Positions 1 to 9,534 are shown, counted from the first letter of the stretch. The stretch: DNA of 64,000 nt from Bacillota bacterium (GCA_050951805.1 JBMNJT010000008.1:96001-160000); one strand, 5' to 3'. Notes: generated by a model from the letters alone, not told the origin. Numbers and translations: made by a program.

Positions 1-1
1 G

Positions 2-1363
2 GTGCTGATATTCACTGAGTTCGTGGCCACCCAGGAGATGCTTTGTCAGTTCCTAATCGCCCGAGGCTTTCAAGTAGCCTGCCTTAATGGTTCAATGGAC
101 ATGGAAGAAAGGCAGCACGCTCAGCAGATGTTCGCTGATAGCGCCAGAATTCTTGTATCCACAGATGCTGGCGGAGAAGGCCTGAACTTGCAGTTTTGTC
201 ATGTAGTAATAAACTATGATATTCCATGGAATCCGATGCGTTTAGAACAACGTATCGGGCGAGTAGACCGCATAGGGCAGACCAACGTTGTGCGCGCGAT
301 CAACTTCGTGTTGGAGGATTCAGTTGATCATCGCGTGCTTGAGGTCCTAGAAGACAAGCTGGCTGTCATTTACGATGAATTCGGTGTTGATAAGACTGGA
401 GATGTTCTTGACTCAGCTCAAGCCGCCAACATCTTTGAGCAACTCTACATTGAGGCAGTTCTCAATCCCGAATCCGTTCAAATGTCAGTGGATAAAGCAG
501 TATCCCTCATAGGCACACATGCTCTTGAGAGGAGAGAGAATGCACAGTTGCTGGTGTCTACAGAGGATCTGGATCCGGGTGTAGCGCGGCGCATGATGCT
601 ACATCCCTTGCCGGACTGGGTTGAGCGTATGACCGTGGCATTCGTAAGGTCACACGGGGGTGGCGCAGAAGCGAACAACGGCAGATGGCATATATTCTGG
701 CCTGATGGTTCAGAGGATGTGGACGTCGTATTCACCCGCAGGGATGCAGAGAAGTTTTCGACGGCGCGCCGCTTAACTTTGGAGAACTCACGAGTCCGTG
801 GCTTAGTAATGAACCTGCCACGGTTTGCGCGCGGTCAACCAATCCCGTGCATAGCTTTACCAGGCATTCCAAGGGCAGTGAGCGGGTTTTGGTCTCTTTG
901 GTCCATATCTGTTCAGGCAGAACAGTGGAATCAGCGACGGATCATTCCACTGTTTCTGCATGATGATGGGAGAGTGCTTGGCCCAACAGCAAGGCGGGTC
1001 TGGGATGCTCTATTGTCAGAAACCCCCGTGATAATGGGCCAAATCAGTGGTGCCGATGCGTGCAGCGCTTTCGACCGTCTTTCCGAAGAGGCCGAATCTC
1101 ATGGGAAACCTCTGTATCAGGAGCTTGCAGCAGAGCATGAAGCATGCATGGCCCAGGAACGAGAGAAGGCCAAGTATGCCTTTGAAGCCCGGCGTCGAGC
1201 TATCAAACGTGTTGGACTGGCTGAGGTTCGCCAATATCGACTGGCACAGCTTGGCCGGGAGGAGCAAAGGTGCGAAGCAGAGATGGCACCAAGAACCAGC
1301 ATAATGCCTGAATTGGCGCCCCTGCTCATGATTCATGTCGAGGCAGGTGTTGACGATGAGTAG
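2..1363 (+). CDS. SNF2-family helicase, C-terminal part (BrxHII-like, BREX type 3); truncated by window start
   Basis: Helicase C-terminal motifs LIFTEF, STDAGGEGLNLQ, NYDIPWNPMRLEQRIGRVDRIGQ; overlaps pglZ start by 8 bp. Confidence 0.85.
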   Translation: MLIFTEFVATQEMLCQFLIARGFQVACLNGSMDMEERQHAQQMFADSARILVSTDAGGEGLNLQFCHVVINYDIPWNPMRLEQRIGRVDRIGQTNVVRAINFVLEDSVDHRVLEVLEDKLAVIYDEFGVDKTGDVLDSAQAANIFEQLYIEAVLNPESVQMSVDKAVSLIGTHALERRENAQLLVSTEDLDPGVARRMMLHPLPDWVERMTVAFVRSHGGGAEANNGRWHIFWPDGSEDVDVVFTRRDAEKFSTARRLTLENSRVRGLVMNLPRFARGQPIPCIALPGIPRAVSGFWSLWSISVQAEQWNQRRIIPLFLHDDGRVLGPTARRVWDALLSETPVIMGQISGADACSAFDRLSEEAESHGKPLYQELAAEHEACMAQEREKAKYAFEARRRAIKRVGLAEVRQYRLAQLGREEQRCEAEMAPRTSIMPELAPLLMIHVEAGVDDE

Positions 1364-3362
1364 CTGGCGGGAAGCGATCTTACGTGAGCTTTCACTGAAT
1401 CTTTCAAGATTATATGTTGTGGCAGATCCTGACGGGCTCTTGTTTGAAGAGGGTTTGGCACAAGAAATTCGTGACATGGGTTTTGACATACTTCCGTTCG
1501 ATGATCCTGTAGTATTCAGATATGTCTATGAAAGTCGGTACCGCAATAACCCAATCTACTCAGACACAGTTGGCAGGGGTCTCATTGTGCGTTGTGCCTC
1601 CCATGATTTCTCCGAGCTGCCCTATGATATTCTCAAATCAGGGCGTAATCTTTCATTCGGCCTTGCGGAGTTGTTCCCCAATCTCAGCTATCCTGTAGTA
1701 GCCGAACTGGATTTGGGCGATCTTGAAATTCTCTATCGGAAGCAGGAGCAGTACAAACCTCAGATGCTAGGCGATAATGCGACTAGGGATTTCGTTCTTG
1801 AACACGTTTTCCGAATAGCGCCGGAAAGGGTAAGTGATCCTGCCGATTTGCTATTGGTATTGCTGCGCCGGCATTACGGAGGCATCCAGTTTCCTGTAAG
1901 CTTGGATCAGTATCTCATTGATAGACTTTCCGAAAAAGAGCAGCTAAGGGATTGGCCTCTTGAGCAAATAATCCCTGATGGACAGGCCTTTCTCGGATTT
2001 CTCCAGGAAAGATGGTCGATCTTTCTTGATCACATTGCTGGGCTCGATGGCGAATTTGTGAATGAACCTGCTTCATCCCTAACACTGAAGTTTAGTGGTC
2101 CTGCCTATCTTCCTCTTGATGACGACAGAATTTGTCCTTACATTAAGAGCCTGTTCCTAGATGGTCTTTTGAAGCCAATCGAATACGATAAGTGGGAACT
2201 CGTAACCGATCGTTGGGTTGAAGTGGGGGTAAAGACTGATCAGGAAGCGTATCATATACGTCGTTTGGGTGGCCTAATCGAGTCTGCTTTACACAGCGTT
2301 CCATCTTCAGAGAGTGCCTATCGTGATTGGTTAGCGTATGCTCGTCGGTGGGCGGAGCTGACTGTACTGAGCATGGAGATCCGTGATAAGCTGGATGCTG
2401 AGTTGTTGGACCAACTACAACATTTGTATGCTAGAGTTGATTCTGAGTTTCTTGAGTGGGTGTGTAACCGATATGCCGGGTTACACAACTGCCCAGCATT
2501 TCCGCCCGTTATGGTTCACCATATTCCACGTTTCTTGGCTATGCAGATGGAAAATGGTGTATGTGACAAGGTTGCTCTCATAGTAGTTGATGGCATGGCC
2601 CTAGATCAATGGCTAGTAATCAAAGACACACTGGAAAAGCAGCGACCGGGGTATAATCTCGAAGAAAATGACGTTTTTGCCTGGATTCCTACACTTACAT
2701 CGGTGTCAAGACAAGCCATTTTTGCGGGAAAACCCCCGTTGTATTTCCCCGATAGCCTTCTCTCTACCAACGAAGACAAGGCGCACTGGGTTCGTTTTTG
2801 GGCAGGCTGCGGTGTGGCCAAGAACAGGGTGGCTTACGAGAGAGGATTGGGCCATGACGACCTTGAGTTGGTACGCGAGATAGCGTCTAACCCCGCGATT
2901 CGCGTGATTGGCCTAGTAATAAATACAGTAGACCAGATCATGCACGGAATGATGCTGGGATCAGCAGGGATGCATAACCAAGTGCGGCAGTGGGCCCGTG
3001 AAGAGTATTTGGCCAACCTCATCGATATCCTAATCGATCATGGTTTTCATGTGGCGCTTACCTCAGACCATGGGAACATAGAAGCGACAGGATGCGGCAG
3101 TCCTTCAGAACGGGCCATTGCAGACCTAAGGGGTGAGCGTGTGCGAGTCTATCCAGATTGCAGGTTGAGAGATCTTGTGAAAGAGAAGTTCCCAGACGCT
3201 ATTGAATGGTCTCCCATGGGCCTGCACGATGATTTCCTACCTCTTATTGCTCCGGATCGTTCTGCATTTGTAAACCGGGATAAGAGGATCGTAACGCATG
3301 GCGGCATATCAATTGAAGAGCTGATCGTGCCATTTGTCCAGATTCAAAGGAGGACATCATGA
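1356..3362 (+). CDS. pglZ: BREX PglZ alkaline-phosphatase-fold protein
   Basis: Motifs IVVDGMALDQW, FAWIPTLTSVSRQAIFAG, TSDHGN, THGGISIEELIVP; ATG 1356 overlaps the helicase stop. Confidence 0.9.
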   Translation: MSSWREAILRELSLNLSRLYVVADPDGLLFEEGLAQEIRDMGFDILPFDDPVVFRYVYESRYRNNPIYSDTVGRGLIVRCASHDFSELPYDILKSGRNLSFGLAELFPNLSYPVVAELDLGDLEILYRKQEQYKPQMLGDNATRDFVLEHVFRIAPERVSDPADLLLVLLRRHYGGIQFPVSLDQYLIDRLSEKEQLRDWPLEQIIPDGQAFLGFLQERWSIFLDHIAGLDGEFVNEPASSLTLKFSGPAYLPLDDDRICPYIKSLFLDGLLKPIEYDKWELVTDRWVEVGVKTDQEAYHIRRLGGLIESALHSVPSSESAYRDWLAYARRWAELTVLSMEIRDKLDAELLDQLQHLYARVDSEFLEWVCNRYAGLHNCPAFPPVMVHHIPRFLAMQMENGVCDKVALIVVDGMALDQWLVIKDTLEKQRPGYNLEENDVFAWIPTLTSVSRQAIFAGKPPLYFPDSLLSTNEDKAHWVRFWAGCGVAKNRVAYERGLGHDDLELVREIASNPAIRVIGLVINTVDQIMHGMMLGSAGMHNQVRQWAREEYLANLIDILIDHGFHVALTSDHGNIEATGCGSPSERAIADLRGERVRVYPDCRLRDLVKEKFPDAIEWSPMGLHDDFLPLIAPDRSAFVNRDKRIVTHGGISIEELIVPFVQIQRRTS

Positions 3363-4141
3363 CGGATCGTTTTTCACAGATAGGATTCAGCAGACATATA
3401 TGCCTTGAATGGCTTGAGCATACTGCCAATCTCGTCTTAGCTGGAAACGATGAGACGGCGATCTCGGGAATTCTCGACGAGTCTCTCCGAGATCAAGTTG
3501 CTGTCGGAAGCAGCGCCAAACGTAATGCTCGTGACAAGACAGTGACCATACTTATGAAAACATGGGCTAATGTGCAGCCAGAGCTCGGATCCTTTCGAGA
3601 TAGGGGGCTCAGGATGATCAAGGAGACCCCTATGGAGCAACATGTTGCAATCCACTATGGCATGGCCATGGCGGCCTACCCATTTCTGAAGACTGTTGCC
3701 GAGAACACAGGCAGGCTTTTACGCCTTCAGGATACTGTGAAGTTGAGTCAGATTCAGCGCAGGTTGAGGGATGTTTACGGTGACCGGGAGACTGTTTCCC
3801 GATCTACCCGGTATGCAATTAGTTCTCTTGTTGACTGGGGTATATTATCGAAAGGCGCATCTCCAGGGTTCTATGAGTCAGGGCAGGTTTGCCGCGTAGA
3901 CAACGAAGAAATGGCTATCTGGCTTATGGAGGCATTGCTTCATGCAACGGAAAATGGAAGGGCACCTATGTCCACGACTCTGAACTCACCTGCCCTGTTT
4001 CCGTTTTCTTTGACCTACGTGCCATCGGATCTTGTTCCAAAATACAGTCAGGTTGATGTCGTGCGCCATGGGTTGGATCAGAAATTGCTTGTACTTCGAA
4101 CCGATTTGGACAGTCTTGCCGCTAGGAACCGCAAAAATTGA
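3359..4141 (+). CDS. BrxA-like protein (last gene of BREX type 3-like operon)
   Basis: ATGA overlap with pglZ; 260 aa; position after helicase-pglZ matches type 3 BREX order; family inferred from context and segments such as HYGMAMAAYPF/GRLLRLQ. Confidence 0.6.
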   Translation: MTDRFSQIGFSRHICLEWLEHTANLVLAGNDETAISGILDESLRDQVAVGSSAKRNARDKTVTILMKTWANVQPELGSFRDRGLRMIKETPMEQHVAIHYGMAMAAYPFLKTVAENTGRLLRLQDTVKLSQIQRRLRDVYGDRETVSRSTRYAISSLVDWGILSKGASPGFYESGQVCRVDNEEMAIWLMEALLHATENGRAPMSTTLNSPALFPFSLTYVPSDLVPKYSQVDVVRHGLDQKLLVLRTDLDSLAARNRKN

Positions 4142-4344
4142 CGTATGGATTTCAGTCGCTTTGTTCTTGCCTTGTCTTTTTCATGCGATGGATGGCGATC
4201 CGTGCAGGCAATCTATTGGGCGCAGTAGATTCGGGGAAAAGATGGGAACAGTGGAGGAGTGCTCCGGTAATTGGAGAAGATGAAGGGTAGTGTATGGTTA
4301 TTCATCTTGTAGCTAATGAATGTGAGTAATCGACAATATGGGGG

Positions 4345-4684
4345 ATGCATATGCAGCTTTATCAAGGCATGAGTGAACAATTCGTGACTATGGTAAGGGA
4401 GAACCGGGTGGATTACGTCCTAACGGAGAGTTATAAGAGTCAGCTCGGTTCGAATCCGTCTCCGTCTGAAGTGAGGTCATGGCGGAACTCTCTTAAGGAA
4501 GTGGCCTGGACACTCGAGGATTCTGGATTTACGGATCTCGGCATGATAGTTGAGTACAGGCTTCCACAGACGAGTAGGCGCCTCGATGTGATGATGATGG
4601 GCCGGGACACCTATTCAAAAGATAATGCTGTTATTGTTGAGCTCAAACAGTGGGATACTGCTCGGGCTACCGATATAGATGACA
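4345..4684 (+). pseudogene. 5' part (PD-(D/E)xK nuclease-like domain) of IS-interrupted DUF2075 nuclease-helicase gene
   Basis: IVEYRLP..RRLDVMM..VIVELKQW motif; joins in frame with 6342..7870 after IS removal; start may be 4351. Confidence 0.8.
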
Positions 4685-6332
4685 AGTCACGTCCGATATA
4701 ATGCTGTAAAAAGGCCTTCGCCCTGTTGTGGTGGGTGGGGATGGGTATGGAAAGGCCACTGGTTCTCTAGTAGAATTGGAGCATGAGCGAACCAATTATC
4801 TACTAGGAGGAGAACCAATGGCTACATATCAGATTAGCATATCCGAAGAGCAATTGCATGGACTTTTTGATGGGGACCGTGGGTTAGCAAACCTTCTTGA
4901 ATCAGTGCTTAACCAGGTGCTTGAAGCGCAGGCTACGGAGCAGCTTGGGGCAGAGCCTTATCAGAGAACTGAGGAGCGGACCGGGTATCGCAATGGGTCC
5001 AGAAGGCGACCCTTGGTGACGCGGGTGGGCTCAATTACCCTTGAGGTCCCCCAGTTTAGAAAGGGCAAGCTGGATACGGACCTTTTTGAAAGGTACCAGC
5101 GCAGCGAACGAGCCCTGATTGCCACGCTTGTTGAAATGGTAGTGAACGGAGTGTCTACTCGTAAGATTCGAAAGATAACCCGCGAGCTATGTGGTGTGGA
5201 CATCTCGGAATCCACAGTCTCAGACATGGTGAAGACGCTGGACCCTGCAGTGCGCGAATGGCGTGAACGTCCTCTCGACAAAGGGCCATATCCATTTTTA
5301 TTGGTTGATGCGATAGTGATCAAGATCCGCAAGGGAGGCAGGGTCTGGAATCACAGTGCGCTGATCGCCGTAGGCGTAAACTCTGAAGGCATGCGCGAGA
5401 TTATCGGGTTCATGCTTGCAGACAGCGAGAAGGAAGACTCATGGCGCGAGTTCTTCAACTCTTTAAAGGCAAGGGGCCTTTCGGGCGTAGACCTTGTGGT
5501 GTCAGATGACCATGGAGGACTAGTCAATGCTGTAGCAGTAGAGTTTCAGGGGGCATCATGGCAGCGTTGCCAGACTCATTTCACTAAGAACATCCTGGAT
5601 GCGTGCCCCAAGGCGCTTAAGGATGAACTCCACTCCCGACTGCGCCTCATGTTTGAAGCGCCCGATATGGATACTGCCAGAGAATTGCTTGGTGGCATCA
5701 TCGCTGATTTCGCAGCTCGGGCCCCTAAGGCAATCGACAGGCTTGAAGAAGGATTTGACGATGCAATGGCTGTAATGGTTCTACCCCAATGCCTCCGGAA
5801 AAGGCTGAGAACAACCAACTGTGTAGAGAGGCTCAACGAAGAGATCCGAAGGCGGGAACGGGTGATAAGGATATTCCCAAACGGTGATTCGGCCATCAGG
5901 CTGCTTGGTGCTGTGCTTATCGAAAGGGATGAGGATTGGTCTACCGGTCGCAAGTATCTCAACATGGCCGAGTATTGGCAATGGAAGCAGGCTTGTGAAT
6001 CGGGCCAGGCAGAATCCTCGCTCCATGTCGCTTGAGGGTTAGCGCTTCTCGTTACAATCCAAGCTGATGGCTATCGCTGACTCCGGCGCAGACCGAGAGG
6101 AAAGCAGAACCTAGCTAGAGATAAATATCTTGGTCATGGACTAACTTGCCTCGAGGCCGAGCCGGAGTACAATACTCATTCGGCTTGGATAGAAAGTGCA
6201 AACCAGTCGAATGCGTCCACTATACCAAGGAAGAGGAATTGGATGAAATTCGTCGGCAGTCCCGACTAGCTACCTATACAAACATGCTCCAGTAGAGGAG
6301 AACTGTTTTTACAGCACATTTCGGACTTGATC
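4685..6332 (+). mobile_element. IS256-family insertion sequence (1648 bp)
   Basis: Imperfect terminal IRs AGTCACGTCCGATATAATGCTGTAAAAA (4685-4712) and revcomp GATCAAGTCCGAAATGTGCTGTAAAAA (6306-6332); flanking direct repeat TAGATGACA at 4676-4684 and 6333-6341. Confidence 0.92.
4818..6035 (+). CDS. IS256 (Mutator) family DDE transposase
   Basis: GYRNG, NGVSTRK, VDA, VVSDDHGGL, WQRCQTHF, RTTNCVERLNEEIRRR motifs; RBS AGGAGG before ATG 4818. Confidence 0.95.
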   Translation: MATYQISISEEQLHGLFDGDRGLANLLESVLNQVLEAQATEQLGAEPYQRTEERTGYRNGSRRRPLVTRVGSITLEVPQFRKGKLDTDLFERYQRSERALIATLVEMVVNGVSTRKIRKITRELCGVDISESTVSDMVKTLDPAVREWRERPLDKGPYPFLLVDAIVIKIRKGGRVWNHSALIAVGVNSEGMREIIGFMLADSEKEDSWREFFNSLKARGLSGVDLVVSDDHGGLVNAVAVEFQGASWQRCQTHFTKNILDACPKALKDELHSRLRLMFEAPDMDTARELLGGIIADFAARAPKAIDRLEEGFDDAMAVMVLPQCLRKRLRTTNCVERLNEEIRRRERVIRIFPNGDSAIRLLGAVLIERDEDWSTGRKYLNMAEYWQWKQACESGQAESSLHVA

Positions 6333-6341
6333 TAGATGACA

Positions 6342-7870
6342 CAGTCATGGTTGGGCCCGTGTATCATCTGCATCCATCGCGGCAAGCAGGTAACTATGCT
6401 GAGTATCTTAGGGATTGCCATACTGCCTTCTACGCATCTCCCGACAACACAAATCCTATCCAACTCTCTGCATGCAGCTTCCTACACAATGCCCATCGCC
6501 AAGTATGTGGCGACCTTTATAGCCCCATGTACTCTGATACATTGACCGAATATCCATTATTCACTGGAGATCAAAGATACGATTTCCGGGGTTTTCTTGA
6601 AGAACGTGTTTCAGAGGGCGGGGGTGATGAGGTGCTGAACAGGTTCCTTACCAGCAGATATCGTCCTAGCAAGAAACTATTGGACAATGCTGCGAGAATG
6701 ATAGAAGGCAATCCCGTGTTTACTCTCCTAGATGAACAGCAACTTGTCTTCAACATAGTGGTGGCCTCGGTTAAGAAACTGCAGATCACAGAGCACAAGT
6801 CAGTTGTAATAGTTACGGGTGGACCTGGCACCGGAAAAAGCGTAATAGCTGTACGTCTTCTAGCTGCCTTGGCAAGGGAAAATGTGAATGTAGTTCATTG
6901 TACGGGCTCGGCTGCATTCACTACTAACCTCAGGGCTCAGGTTGGAAACAGACCAGCTGCCCTGTTCAAGTATTTCAACTCGTTCATGCAAACAGGCTAC
7001 AACGAGATAGATGTCCTGATTGCAGATGAAGCTCATCGTATTCGTGAGACCAGTAACAGCCGATTTACCCGGAAGGATCAACGATCAAACAAACCTCAGG
7101 TTTACGAGCTGATAGATGCGGCGAAAGTGAGTGTTTTCTTCTTGGACGATCATCAAGTTGTGCGACCGGATGAGATTGGCACCCCAGACTTGATCGAGAA
7201 GGCAGCCCGTGAGCGTGGGGCCAGAGTATTCAAGGTCGATCTGAACGCACAATTCAGATGCTCTGGTTCAGAAGCGTATATCGACTGGCTCAACTATGTT
7301 TTTGGAGTTGGGGGCAGAGAAGATCTGTCTTGGCTCTTAGAGAGGGAATACGAGTTCGAAATAACGTCGTCTCCCGAAGAACTTGAGGAGATGATTCGTG
7401 GTCGTGCTAAACAGGGCAACACCGCCCGCATAGTGGCGGGTTTCTGTTGGCCATGGTCAAATCCTCTTCCAGACGGCTCTTTGGTGCCTGACGTGGCCAT
7501 AGGAGAGTGGTCTAGGCCATGGAACAGAAAACGAACAGGCTCGCCGTCGCCAAAGAATGACCCATATACAATCTGGGCAACCCGGGACGAGGGACTAGAT
7601 CAGATAGGTTGTATCTATTCCGCACAAGGATTTGAGTTTGACTACTGTGGTGTCATATTCGGCACTGACTTGGTTTGGGATGACTCAACTGGTTCATGGG
7701 TTGGCTTGAAGCAGAACAGCTGCGATGCTGTTGTGAAAAGAAGTGCTGATTTTACGCAGTTGATGCTTCATACCTATAGGGTCCTTCTATCCCGCGGCAT
7801 GAAAGGCACCTACGTATACTTCCTCGACCAGGCAACCCGAAACCATTTTGAGGAGGCTCTTTTCGGTTGA
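6342..7870 (+). pseudogene. 3' part (SF1-like DUF2075/Schlafen group 3-type helicase domain) of IS-interrupted gene
   Basis: Walker A GGPGTGKS, Walker B IADEAHR, QFRCSGS, YSAQGFEFDY, YRVLLSRG; frame intact. Confidence 0.85.
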
Positions 7871-8238
7871 TGGACAAACCGGTTACAACAGCACATGCCC
7901 GAAGCGAACTAATGCAGTTGCTGCTCGTGTTCCGCGATGAAAGAGAGTGGGGCCAGTTCCATACCCCCAAGAACCTAGCGATAGCGCTTGTAGCGGAGGC
8001 GTCGGAGCTGCTTTCGCTCTTTCAATGGACCAAAGATGCGGAGCTCGATGAGAGATGTCGGGAAAAGCGGACCGAAATAGAACAGGAGATCGCCGATATC
8101 TACATATACCTTCTATTCCTCGCCAACGAACTTGGAATTGACCTTGATGAAGTGGCTGCAGAGAAGATGAAGCTCAACGCCGAGCATTATCCCGCTAACA
8201 AGGCAAAGGGCAACGCCAGGAAATACACGGAGCTTTAG
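7870..8238 (+). CDS. MazG-like nucleotide pyrophosphohydrolase
   Basis: FRDEREWGQFHTPKNLA, EASELL...EQEIADI (ExxE..ExxD); TGATG overlap with the helicase stop. Confidence 0.9.
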   Translation: MDKPVTTAHARSELMQLLLVFRDEREWGQFHTPKNLAIALVAEASELLSLFQWTKDAELDERCREKRTEIEQEIADIYIYLLFLANELGIDLDEVAAEKMKLNAEHYPANKAKGNARKYTEL

Positions 8239-8400
8239 CAATGCACGGCTCGATGCAGCTGCTGCCTTCAGTCGCCAGGGGGTGTTAACGCTGGTCCACG
8301 GGCATGGAAAGATCCCTGGTAGGCTTCATCGAACAAGAAGATCAGGTCTTCGCCTGCGTAAAGGGGCTGTCCGGTTAGCGCACGGCTGACATAATGCAGG

Positions 8401-8640
8401 ATGTGGAGCGGACGCCGCTACACCGGAACACAGAAGTGTCTGTTGTACCCGTCAGAGCTTGCGCCTATTACCATAGGCGATTGCCCGGTGGGATCCTCAG
8501 GTCGCGGAAGACCGCTGGTATCTGGACATTGCCATGCTCACAGCCACTGGGCGAAGGAGACTGCCACCTCACTGCTCGCCCTGTACGAAAGCCTCAGTAT
8601 TATCCGCGAAGAGGGACTTGAGGCCCGTTGTGCAAGGCAC
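8401..8640 (+). pseudogene. Internal fragment of class V aminotransferase (alanine-glyoxylate/serine-pyruvate type)
   Basis: (DAA)YTGTQKCL..LAPIT PLP-lysine region and LYESLSIIREEGLEARCARH; frameshift just before YTG; no intact start or end. Confidence 0.6.
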
Positions 8641-8763
8641 GAGCTTCAATTAACAAGACCTCATCCAACCCGGATCAGGGCTCGCTGCCGCCTACCAAAA
8701 TGGAATCACGTCGCGTCCTGCCAGCAAAACTAGAACCAGCGTGCATATACTTGCTCGATGTTA

Positions 8764-8792
8764 TTGACATATGCACAAAATGCATGTAGTAT
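8764..8792 (+). promoter_or_regulatory. sigma70/SigA-type promoter for DUF134-mrp
   Basis: TTGACA-17 bp-TAGTAT. Confidence 0.6.
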
Positions 8793-8843
8793 CCTTGTGG
8801 AATGTGCGCGATTTCACAAATGCATCTTAAGAGGGGCGAGAAC

Positions 8844-9428
8844 ATGGGCAGACCTCCCAAGGTGAGATGTGTGGAGATGATCCCTCCTGTAAGAACCTTT
8901 TGCCCGTGTGGCAACTGGCCGGAATGCCGTGCTCATCGTGGGGCAGATGAACGAATCGAGATGACAGTGGATGAGATGGAAGCTATTCGCCTCAAGGATC
9001 TGGAAGGCTGCGAACAGACAGAGTGTGCAGACAGAATGAATATCTCGAGAGGCACATTCCAGAGGATACTCTCGTCTGCCCGCTGGAAAGTGGCGAAGGC
9101 TCTCACAGAAGGCTTGATCTTGCAGATATCCGGCGGTGAATACTGCCTGGCCCAATCGACCATCATCTGTCTCGACTGTGGGCATGCTTGGCCTGTTTGT
9201 CGCCCAAACGCCGATAGCAAGGATGAATGTGAAGAGACCGTAACTGCCGAGGACGGCACAGTATCGGGTTCATGTCCTGAGTGCAGAGGGACCAACCTTG
9301 TCGAGAAAGGCGGAGAATGCTCGGGGCCTGGCGGTAGGGAAGATTGTCCGCGCAGAAGAGAGCGTGGACGCCGTGGTTGCTCGCATCGCTCAGGCGCCGA
9401 AGAGTCAGCAGCCAAAAGCACCGACTGA
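8844..9428 (+). CDS. DUF134 family HTH protein with C-terminal Zn-ribbon
   Basis: MGRPPKVR, DEMEAIRLKDLEG, MNISRGTFQRILSSARWKVAKAL, CLDC...CPEC. Confidence 0.85.
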   Translation: MGRPPKVRCVEMIPPVRTFCPCGNWPECRAHRGADERIEMTVDEMEAIRLKDLEGCEQTECADRMNISRGTFQRILSSARWKVAKALTEGLILQISGGEYCLAQSTIICLDCGHAWPVCRPNADSKDECEETVTAEDGTVSGSCPECRGTNLVEKGGECSGPGGREDCPRRRERGRRGCSHRSGAEESAAKSTD

Positions 9429-9534
9429 TCGACATTGCTCGATCTACGGAAGCGGTGATAGTGGCTGAAGTATTGGTTGTGCTGCCCCACGAGGGTGGGT
9501 ATACCGAAACTAAAGACGCAAGAAGGACGGAAGA

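Noticed and set aside
6327-6360. Outward -35-like TTGATC at the IS256 right end that could drive the helicase half
   Set aside because: No -10 at suitable spacing and no RBS before ATG 6347.
8796-8820. TTGTG...TTCACAA resembling a Rex operator
   Set aside because: The spacing (25 bp overall) does not fit the 18-bp Rex consensus.
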